Shown here: positions 49,641 to 57,477 of the stretch, in pieces | Layout: each line of letters opens with the position of its first letter | Position numbering within the stretch: the stretch's first letter is position 1 | Assembly (NCBI GenBank): GCA_024402335.1 | Contig: JAKSTZ010000015.1 | Span: forward strand, 2,597-66,596 | Length of the DNA: 64,000 nt | DNA from: Bacteroidales bacterium | Lineage (GTDB): Bacteria > Bacteroidota > Bacteroidia > Bacteroidales > UBA1715 | Direction of reading: 5' to 3' | The notes under the pieces: model-generated | What the model was told of the DNA's origin: nothing | The model's input: the letters and a program-made list of their open reading frames with translations, nothing else | Databases searched by the model: none | Translations under genes and position numbers: made by a program

Positions 49641-49882
49641 TGTTCTTTCTTGACCTGCAGCAAGAAAGAACGAAAGAACCCCTTTCGACTTCACGAATGA
49701 GCGTTAAGAAAAATGACGGAATGAAGCGTTAAAAAGGATTTGATGCCTCCTGCAATGTCGTTGAAAAATCTAACCACGCGGCATTCCAAATCCTTTAGCG
49801 GAATGCAGTCGTTTTTTAGCGAAGGCGTGGGTCGACGGCGTTCTTTTGCATACTTTTCTTTCGCTGTTGAAAGAAAAGTATG
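49641..49882. other. Hairpin-bracketed, highly structured non-coding element (candidate ncRNA or miniature repeat element)
   Basis: No ORF of 60 aa or more. Perfect 11-bp hairpin at 49642-49671 and perfect 14-bp hairpin at 49849-49882. Nested long-range helices 49671-49695 / 49826-49848 enclose a roughly 19-bp hairpin at 49727-49800. Confidence 0.4.
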
Positions 49883-49931
49883 AGAATTACATTATTGATT
49901 TTACCACCATATCAACTTACAAAAACGGCAT

Positions 49932-49964
49932 AAAAAAAGCATCTACATTTCTGTAGATGCTTTT
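49932..49964. terminator. Terminator hairpin 3' of tRNA(CAT), potentially bidirectional
   Basis: GCATCTACA / TGTAGATGC stem flanked by A7 on one side and T4 on the other. Confidence 0.75.
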
Positions 49965-49966
49965 GG

Positions 49967-50043
49967 TGGTGGACCCTGTTGGGCTTGAACCAACGACCAC
50001 CTGATTATGAGTCAGGTGCTCTAACCAGCTGAGCTAAGGGTCC
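49967..50043 (-). tRNA. tRNA with CAT anticodon and encoded CCA. Resembles the lysidine-type tRNA-Ile2 more than initiator or elongator tRNA-Met.
   Basis: Manual cloverleaf: acceptor GGACCCT/AGGGTCC, anticodon loop CTCATAA. The variable and T arm (GGTCGTTGGTTCAAG) is close to E. coli tRNA-Ile2 as I remember it. No initiator features. Confidence 0.9.
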
Positions 50044-50071
50044 AACTTTTATTTCTAAAAGTTTTCGTGTG

Positions 50072-50079
50072 CAAAAATA
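50072..50079 (-). promoter_or_regulatory. -7 promoter box (TATTTTTG) for tRNA(CAT)
   Basis: TAnnTTTG on the minus strand, 29 nt upstream of the tRNA 5' end. Confidence 0.4.
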
Positions 50080-50119
50080 ATTAAATTGTGGTATTTTGCA
50101 AGCGAATAATTTTATTTCA

Positions 50120-50749
50120 ATGAAAAATACAATTAAAAATATCATTTTCGACTTCGGGAACGTGGTGTTCCCTATCGACGAACAACGTACAGTACAAGCA
50201 TTTGCAGACTTGTTCCACTGCTCTTCCCAAGAGGTTCTCTCCTATCTTTTCACAGACGACATTTTCCTACAATTCGAGTGCGGAACGGTTTCTCCAGAAG
50301 ATTTCATGAATCATCTTCGCGAAAAATCAAAAGTAAATTTTACAAAAGAACAATTTCTAAATGCATGGAACGCCATATTACTTGGTTACCCGATTGAACA
50401 TGTTCAATTATTGCTTGCACTAAAACAAAAATATCGCACGTTCTTACTAAGCAATACGAATGTTCTCCACACACAAGAGTTCATTACTATTGCAAAAAAA
50501 CAGAATCTTCCGATTACGTCAAATTACGATATGTTTGAAAAAGTTTATTATTCAAATGAATTAAAAATGCGTAAACCCGATGTAAGAATATACCAACACG
50601 TACTCGACGATGCTGGACTGCAAGCAAACGAGACCTTATTTGTCGACGACTTACAAGTAAATATAGAAGCTGCAGCAACTTTAGGTATTCATGTTCAACA
50701 GGTTACTAAAGAAAGTGGCATACTTACTATCTTTAAAGACTGGATTTAG
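50120..50749 (+). CDS. HAD-superfamily hydrolase (subfamily IA-like)
   Basis: Motif I IIFDFGNVV, motif II LLSNTN, motif IV FVDD. ATG at 50120. Confidence 0.8.
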   Translation: MKNTIKNIIFDFGNVVFPIDEQRTVQAFADLFHCSSQEVLSYLFTDDIFLQFECGTVSPEDFMNHLREKSKVNFTKEQFLNAWNAILLGYPIEHVQLLLALKQKYRTFLLSNTNVLHTQEFITIAKKQNLPITSNYDMFEKVYYSNELKMRKPDVRIYQHVLDDAGLQANETLFVDDLQVNIEAAATLGIHVQQVTKESGILTIFKDWI

Positions 50750-50820
50750 ACAAAAAGATAGAGAAACAAAACACGTATTCAAAAAAAAGGTTGTAATTTT
50801 CGCCCATTAAAAAATCATAT

Positions 50821-51627
50821 ATGGATTTTAATACAACTATAGCTATAATCGGTGGTGGCAATATAGGAATGTCTATTGCCGAAGGACTAGTAAACTCTGG
50901 AAAATACCAACCAGAACAAATAATTATTACTCGTAAAAAATCGGATCTTCCTCAGGATAGACGCGAAGGTGGATTCTATTTCCAGGACGACAACGCTGAC
51001 GCTGTTTCGAAAGCAAGAATTGTTGTTTTATCGGTTGTGCCTCACATTTTCGAAATGATTATGAGTGGCATAAAAGATTCTTTTACAGAGAAACATACCC
51101 TTATAAATGTTGTAACTGGCGTTGATATTGCACAAATTCAAAAAATAATCAATAAAGATATTTGTATTGCCCGTGCAATCCCAAATACAGCAATTCGTAT
51201 CCGTCAATCTATGACGTGTATTGCGACAAACAAACGCAACTCTCCTGAGTTTGCAGAAGTTGTTGACATTTTCGACATGTTAGGAAAAACTTTAGTTTTA
51301 GACGAAGATCTTATGCTATCAGCAACAGCACTTGGTTCTTGCGGTATTGCATACTTTCTACGAACAATACGTGCAGCTTCTCAAGGTGGAACACAAATTG
51401 GTTTCCATGCTGATGAAGCACAACTTATTGCCGCACAAACAGCAAAAGGTGCTGCAGAACTTTTACTTCAACTAAACTCACACCCTGAAGATGAGATTGA
51501 CAAGGTAACAACTCCACGAGGAATTACAATTGCCGGTCTTAACGAAATGGAACACAATGGATTAAGCTCAGCATTAATCAAAGGTATAGTAAAATCTTAC
51601 GACAAAGCCGCTAACAAAGAAGACTAA
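50821..51627 (+). CDS. proC: Pyrroline-5-carboxylate reductase
   Basis: IAIIGGGNIG Rossmann motif and the C-terminal TTPRGITIAGL ProC signature. Confidence 0.9.
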   Translation: MDFNTTIAIIGGGNIGMSIAEGLVNSGKYQPEQIIITRKKSDLPQDRREGGFYFQDDNADAVSKARIVVLSVVPHIFEMIMSGIKDSFTEKHTLINVVTGVDIAQIQKIINKDICIARAIPNTAIRIRQSMTCIATNKRNSPEFAEVVDIFDMLGKTLVLDEDLMLSATALGSCGIAYFLRTIRAASQGGTQIGFHADEAQLIAAQTAKGAAELLLQLNSHPEDEIDKVTTPRGITIAGLNEMEHNGLSSALIKGIVKSYDKAANKED

Positions 51628-51630
51628 ACT

Positions 51631-52212
51631 ATGAAGAAAATTTTCGGACTACTTATCATTGCATCCCTTGCAATATTTGCAACATCATGTGGTAAGAAAA
51701 AAACATCTGTTTCTCTGCAAAAATATGCAGATACAGCAAACTATTTTGCAAGAAAAATTGCAGATATAGAAGCACACCAAGACATGGAAGACATAGAATT
51801 GTTCTTGCAAATACAAGATTCTACAGCAGCATTAAAAAAACAAGCAGACGAGGTACTTGAAAAACTTTTTGCAGAAAACAAAGACACTGTTTTCCTTCCA
51901 TTCGAACAAACAAAGAATGAAGAAAAAATCAAAATCCTTAGCGTTTGGATAACCGATATTAAATATGATAAGGTGATGATAGCCGCACGTGTCGAAGCAA
52001 TGGACAACAATACGTTCATGGGGCCTCATGCCGGCTTGGTTGTAAAAGATAAACAACGCGAAGAACACGATTTTGGTGGTGGAATCCAAGGTCCTACCGA
52101 CGATAAATTAGCCGTAGGAAATGTGTACACATTTACAGGACAAATAGAACACCTACACCTCCTTTCTGATTTTAAATCGTTGGTATTCAACGAGGAAATC
52201 AAAAAATGGTAA
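51631..52212 (+). CDS. Hypothetical lipoprotein
   Basis: Lipobox ...IFATSCGKKK. I recognise no family. Confidence 0.5.
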   Translation: MKKIFGLLIIASLAIFATSCGKKKTSVSLQKYADTANYFARKIADIEAHQDMEDIELFLQIQDSTAALKKQADEVLEKLFAENKDTVFLPFEQTKNEEKIKILSVWITDIKYDKVMIAARVEAMDNNTFMGPHAGLVVKDKQREEHDFGGGIQGPTDDKLAVGNVYTFTGQIEHLHLLSDFKSLVFNEEIKKW

Positions 52213-52275
52213 AATAGATATTGGCAACAAAATAAAGCCAATATCGTTTCTATACTTTATATTTTGTTGTTTTCT

Positions 52276-54543
52276 ATGAGAAAATTTATTTCACTTATAT
52301 TTTGTACCTGTTTCACCCTAAGCTTATATGCCCAAGTACCAGGTACGTGGAATGAATTTTTTTCATACAACAATGTTCAACAGCTAATTGCTGTTGATGA
52401 TAATATCTTTGCCTTATCGGAAAATGGCATTGTTGTTTATAACACGAGTTCACAAGAAATCCAAAAGATTACCAAACTACAAGGACTCAGCGATGTAGGT
52501 TTAACAAGCATGGCCTTTTGCGACTCAACCTCATCGTTCCTCATCGGATATTCGAACGGAACACTTGATGTTTTGAGTTATCCATCGCTGGCAGTAAAGA
52601 ATATCCCCACTATCTATCAAAAGAATATTCCTGGTTCGAAACGAATCAATAAAATTGTAATGCATGGCGACACTGCAATTTTAGCGACTGGTCTGGGAGT
52701 TTTTACGATATCAATGTCGAAATACAACTTCATTTCCACAACTATCTTTAGCAACGATGGTAGCTATACTCCTGTAAACTCCATTACATTTTCAGAAGAC
52801 GAAATTTATGCAGCAACTGCCAAGGGGATCTATTCCTCAAACAAAACGAAAAATCTATCAGATTTCTCGCAATGGAAAAAAATTACCGGAATACCATACG
52901 AAAACGATACTATTTCATATATCGCTTCTCTAAATCAAAAAATATATTATGCACATAAAAACAAAAGCGATGCAAGTAAGGATTCTATTTTCACAATTAG
53001 CAATGGTGTTGCAAAAGAATTTAAGATACAACTGAACAATGTGACTAATATTTCAGCCAACAAAAGCCACTTGTCTATAGTATCCCAATACTCGGCAAGA
53101 TTATATGATGCGACAGAAAAATTACTTTGTGCATTTGATTCTTTAAGCCAAAACAATGCATTTACAGACATAATCAGAAACGACGGGAACAACTGGGTAA
53201 GTGACAAACATAAAGGCTTATACATATGCGACACAAAAGAAAACATACTTCCTAACGGTCCCATTTCTAATTATGTAACTGACATTTATTACCAAGATAA
53301 TTCTTTATACTTGGTTGCAGGGAAACGTCAATTATGGGACAATTTGTATTTCAGTTTGCAAACATATAGCGGAACCTGGTATAACTATTCCGACTGGAAA
53401 GTTGCCAATTCCCAATGTGTTTACCCTTTGCCTGACGGCAGTCGATACTTTATCGGAACGTACGGAAGCGGATTAGTTGAAAATACTGCTGCATGGAAAA
53501 CCGATACCGTTTACAATGAAAGCCATCCATTAATTACATCATACTATTCAGGGATAGGTCCAGTTATTTCTGATGTTACTGCCGATAAATCAGGGAATAT
53601 TTGGATACTTAATCCAAGCAATGACAATCCGCTAATTGTGAAGGATACCAAAGGGAAATGGTATTCCTACCATGTAGAAAAAGGAAGTGGTAACTTAGTT
53701 GATCAATACAATCTTTTCCAACAAATTCTTATAGACAGAAAAGGAAGTAAATGGATTGCCGGCACCAGTAATCTAACTGTATTTTCAGAAAACGGAACAT
53801 TAGATGATAAATCCGACGATGCTTGGGTAAAAATTCCTTTAGTTGATGATGAAGGTTCTATAGCAACCTACACGACTTGTCTTGCTGAAGATTTGAATGG
53901 AACAATCTGGATAGGTACAGACCAAGGTATTGCCATACATTCATCTCCAGCAAGAGTATTTAAAGACCGACAATCAATTTCCCGTATCAAAATTGAGATA
54001 GATGGCGAAGTTGGATATCTACTTCACTCAGAACAAATTACTTGTATTGCAATAGATGGTGCTAATCGAAAATGGATAGGTACAGAGAAGTCAGGTGTTT
54101 TTCTAGTATCAGAAAATGGAACAGAACAAATTCTACATTTTACCAAGAAAAATAGTCCTTTACCTTCTAACACAATTTCTAGTCTACAAATAAATAATGC
54201 GACAGGAGAAGTATACATTGCCACCGATGAAGGTCTTGTTTCTTATGTCACAAACGCAACTACAGGTGATGCCAACATGAACAATGTCCGTGTATATCCT
54301 AATCCTGTACGAAACACGTATGAAGGAGACATTTATATTACCGGAGTTGTAAACGACGCCATACTAAAAATCACCGACATTTCCGGAAATCTAGTAAGAA
54401 CATTACAAGCCAACGGCGGAACTGCAGAATGGAACGGTAGAAACCTCTATGGCAATAAAGTAAAAACCGGTATGTATCTTGTGTATATTTCCGACGAAGA
54501 AGGAAATTACACGAAGATGACAAAGATTCTTGTAATAAATTAA
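52276..54543 (+). CDS. porZ: PorZ-like beta-propeller protein with a T9SS C-terminal sorting domain
   Basis: Signal peptide, two-component-regulator-propeller-like repeats (IWIGTDQGI, KWIGTEKSGVF). C-terminal CTD: VRVYPNPV...GMYLVYI...KILVIN. Size matches PorZ. ATG at 52276. Confidence 0.6.
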   Translation: MRKFISLIFCTCFTLSLYAQVPGTWNEFFSYNNVQQLIAVDDNIFALSENGIVVYNTSSQEIQKITKLQGLSDVGLTSMAFCDSTSSFLIGYSNGTLDVLSYPSLAVKNIPTIYQKNIPGSKRINKIVMHGDTAILATGLGVFTISMSKYNFISTTIFSNDGSYTPVNSITFSEDEIYAATAKGIYSSNKTKNLSDFSQWKKITGIPYENDTISYIASLNQKIYYAHKNKSDASKDSIFTISNGVAKEFKIQLNNVTNISANKSHLSIVSQYSARLYDATEKLLCAFDSLSQNNAFTDIIRNDGNNWVSDKHKGLYICDTKENILPNGPISNYVTDIYYQDNSLYLVAGKRQLWDNLYFSLQTYSGTWYNYSDWKVANSQCVYPLPDGSRYFIGTYGSGLVENTAAWKTDTVYNESHPLITSYYSGIGPVISDVTADKSGNIWILNPSNDNPLIVKDTKGKWYSYHVEKGSGNLVDQYNLFQQILIDRKGSKWIAGTSNLTVFSENGTLDDKSDDAWVKIPLVDDEGSIATYTTCLAEDLNGTIWIGTDQGIAIHSSPARVFKDRQSISRIKIEIDGEVGYLLHSEQITCIAIDGANRKWIGTEKSGVFLVSENGTEQILHFTKKNSPLPSNTISSLQINNATGEVYIATDEGLVSYVTNATTGDANMNNVRVYPNPVRNTYEGDIYITGVVNDAILKITDISGNLVRTLQANGGTAEWNGRNLYGNKVKTGMYLVYISDEEGNYTKMTKILVIN

Positions 54544-54547
54544 ACGT

Positions 54548-55489
54548 ATGAAAGAAAGAACAAAGAACTTTCAAGGACTGCGTGTGCTATTTCTTCTCGG
54601 TATAGTATTCATGCACGCAAACTTGACTTTCATTGGGGAAGGTTGGTTACTCTGTACATTCTTTTTCGTCCTTTCCGGTTTTCTTTATAAACATCCAGAA
54701 AACACAGCAGTATACGTAAAGAAAAAAATATTGAAAACATTTCCTTTGTATTGGTTATGTCTACTATTATATGTCGTATTATGCCATCCAAACATAAGCA
54801 TAGACATACTTCCTCACATTTTCCTGCTACAATCCTATATCCCATCTTCCGCCGCCAATGCATTTTATTACAAATACTTAGGAGTATCATGGTTTTTGTC
54901 ATCGTTACTTTTCTGCTATATTGTTTCCCCATTTTTGTACAAACTACTTGAACGTTTAAAGCAAGAGCATACATTTCTAATTCTCATGATGCTCGTAATT
55001 TTCATGTACATAATCAGAAGTTGTAAGCTACTACCTAAGGAATATGGAATATGGTTTTATTACATAAGTCCTTTCTATCGTATTTTTGAATACACAGCAG
55101 GTATGTTATTAGCAAAAACCATAAAAGACAAACCAATAGCAGGGAAAATGCGTTTCCAGGAATGTATATCCATACTTATCATAATTGGAATGATTGTTTT
55201 TCTACGCCATGGAATGCACGTACAATTTGTAACAGCCTTATTCTTATTTATAATCTACTACCTATACACTTACAAATCAGTAATTATGGATGCCATATTT
55301 GGCAATAAAGTGGTAATATGGATTGCACGCTACGGTATGGCTTTATATTTAGGACACCAGTTCCTTTATGTGTATTTCTTCAAAATACTACAATTACACA
55401 GAGCCCCAAGCATATTACTTGCAATTATTATTAGCATCGCTATAGGCTGGCTATACTCTCTAATAGTTACGAAAGCAAACAAAAAATGA
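54548..55489 (+). CDS. Acyltransferase family 3 membrane protein (short form)
   Basis: FQGLRVLFLLGIVFMH N-terminal motif and about 9 TM segments. Confidence 0.7.
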   Translation: MKERTKNFQGLRVLFLLGIVFMHANLTFIGEGWLLCTFFFVLSGFLYKHPENTAVYVKKKILKTFPLYWLCLLLYVVLCHPNISIDILPHIFLLQSYIPSSAANAFYYKYLGVSWFLSSLLFCYIVSPFLYKLLERLKQEHTFLILMMLVIFMYIIRSCKLLPKEYGIWFYYISPFYRIFEYTAGMLLAKTIKDKPIAGKMRFQECISILIIIGMIVFLRHGMHVQFVTALFLFIIYYLYTYKSVIMDAIFGNKVVIWIARYGMALYLGHQFLYVYFFKILQLHRAPSILLAIIISIAIGWLYSLIVTKANKK

Positions 55490-57477
55490 ATAGTGACGCA
55501 ATAAAAAAATTCATAATACAATCTGTTCATACACTAGGAAAAACCTTCCTACAATTTGGACTTCTTGCTATTGCGTATCGTTTTTTATTTACGATAGAAT
55601 TAATTTCCCGAACAATTCCCAACAATTTTCATTTGTTTACTATACTACAGGGGTTAGCTTATGACTGCATTTTTTGTTGTAAAATAGGATTGTTTGCACT
55701 ACTTCCTCTAGCGCTTTTAAAACAGAACTTTCCAAAATTCTCAGCAATAGCGACATATTGTTTGCTTATTGTTTACTGCCTATTTTCTTTCATATCAACA
55801 GAATACTTCTGCACAGTAGGCAAGCCATTAGATCATGTGATTCTAATTTATTCTCCGCAGGAACTGACAAACACCATTTTGTGGTCAACCAATATCTCAA
55901 TTGCTTCTATCATAAATGTAACCATACATATCTTAGTTACCATTATCCTATTTATTTGGAGCAAAAAAATTGAAGTTACAACACCTCAATCACTTATAAT
56001 GCTTTGTGCCATCATTTTAGCGATTTTTATTCCATTAAAAAAATGGTACGCAAACGAATTCTTATGCAAGTCACATAAAGAATTTCTATATGTGGTCAAT
56101 CAACCTGCATATTTATATACAACTTGTTTTGACTATTTGCAGAGAAAGAACACCGTTACCAAAGGCCAGGAAATGATTGCCGCCGAAAAATATCATTTAT
56201 TATTCCCCGAAAATTCATTCTACAGTGGCAACTATCCTTTTATGAGGAAGAATAAAAACAATGACGTTTTAGCTTCTTTTTTTGATACTGAAAAACTCAC
56301 AAATAAACCAAATCTTGTATTTATTATCATAGAAAGCTTTGGACAAAAACTATCAAATGACAATCCACAATTTTCATTTACGCCATTTATAGATAGTTTG
56401 AAAAATAATAGCCTATATTGGGAAAATTGTATTTCTTCAACGGAACGAACTTTTGGTGTGCTCCCTGCAATTTTTGCCTCTGTCCCACATGGAGAAAAAG
56501 GATTTGGATATAAATACATTCCATCCTTTCCCCGTCACAATTCATTATTGAAAGACCTTAAAAGAAATGGTTATTTTACATCATTTTTTTATGGAGGAAA
56601 TAAAGCTTTTGCAAACCAAGATGAATTTCTTCGTAAAAATGACATTTCCTACTATATGTCAATTCCCGATACTTTGCTACAGAACAATCATGGCAACGCC
56701 AATTGGGGAATTCAAGATGCAGATATGTTTGATTATGCAAGAAGTTGCAAGAGAGACACAATACCATTCTGCGATATTTATCTAACACTTTCAACACATG
56801 AACCATTTACAATACCGAACGCTGAAAAATATATTGCTAAAGTGCATGAAAAAATACAAGCAACGAACACCGAGGAATCCCAATACATACGAGAACATAC
56901 AGATATTTTCTCAACTTTCCTCTACACAGACGAAGCCGTACAAAATCTTTTTAATTATTATTCTAAACGTCCCGATTTCACAAATACAATTTTTATAATA
57001 ACAGGAGACCATCGCGCCGGATATGATGATTTTGAATATAATCCTCTTCGAAAATATCATGTGCCTTTAATTATTTATTCGGCACAATTGAAACGAGCAA
57101 AAAAAATGAAAGGAGTTGTCTCTCATTACGACATTACTCCTTCTTTGGAACATTTTCTACAAAGTATAGGTAATTTTTCTGTAGCAAGTTCATGTCATTG
57201 GATTGGTACAGATTTCGATACCTCAACAAACTTCCACTGCGTAAAAAAACAAGCATTCATGCATAATAATCGCACTGTAACGGAATGGATACACGATACA
57301 CTCATGGTTGCCTTTAATTCTCTATTCTCCATCTCTGACAACCTAAACGTTACAGAGGTTAACAACCAACAGAAGTTAAAACAATTGCAAGAAGAATTGG
57401 CGAACTTTCAGATTCTCAGCCAACGTGCTGTAAATCGAGATTTCCTTTGGAACGACACTATTCCTTCTGTGAAATAA
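55486..57477 (+). CDS. LTA-synthase/sulfatase-family (alkaline phosphatase superfamily) membrane transferase
   Basis: N-terminal TM bundle plus an extracytoplasmic domain with LVFIIIESFG, SSTERT and ITGDH metal/nucleophile motifs. ATGA overlap with the upstream gene. Confidence 0.75.
   Translation: MNSDAIKKFIIQSVHTLGKTFLQFGLLAIAYRFLFTIELISRTIPNNFHLFTILQGLAYDCIFCCKIGLFALLPLALLKQNFPKFSAIATYCLLIVYCLFSFISTEYFCTVGKPLDHVILIYSPQELTNTILWSTNISIASIINVTIHILVTIILFIWSKKIEVTTPQSLIMLCAIILAIFIPLKKWYANEFLCKSHKEFLYVVNQPAYLYTTCFDYLQRKNTVTKGQEMIAAEKYHLLFPENSFYSGNYPFMRKNKNNDVLASFFDTEKLTNKPNLVFIIIESFGQKLSNDNPQFSFTPFIDSLKNNSLYWENCISSTERTFGVLPAIFASVPHGEKGFGYKYIPSFPRHNSLLKDLKRNGYFTSFFYGGNKAFANQDEFLRKNDISYYMSIPDTLLQNNHGNANWGIQDADMFDYARSCKRDTIPFCDIYLTLSTHEPFTIPNAEKYIAKVHEKIQATNTEESQYIREHTDIFSTFLYTDEAVQNLFNYYSKRPDFTNTIFIITGDHRAGYDDFEYNPLRKYHVPLIIYSAQLKRAKKMKGVVSHYDITPSLEHFLQSIGNFSVASSCHWIGTDFDTSTNFHCVKKQAFMHNNRTVTEWIHDTLMVAFNSLFSISDNLNVTEVNNQQKLKQLQEELANFQILSQRAVNRDFLWNDTIPSVK

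Noticed and set aside
49653-49836. PstI (CTGCAG) and SalI (GTCGAC) sites inside the structured element, hinting at cloning-vector contamination
   Set aside because: The sites are about 175 nt apart and lie within native-looking AT-rich sequence, with no other polylinker or vector signature. I consider it coincidence.
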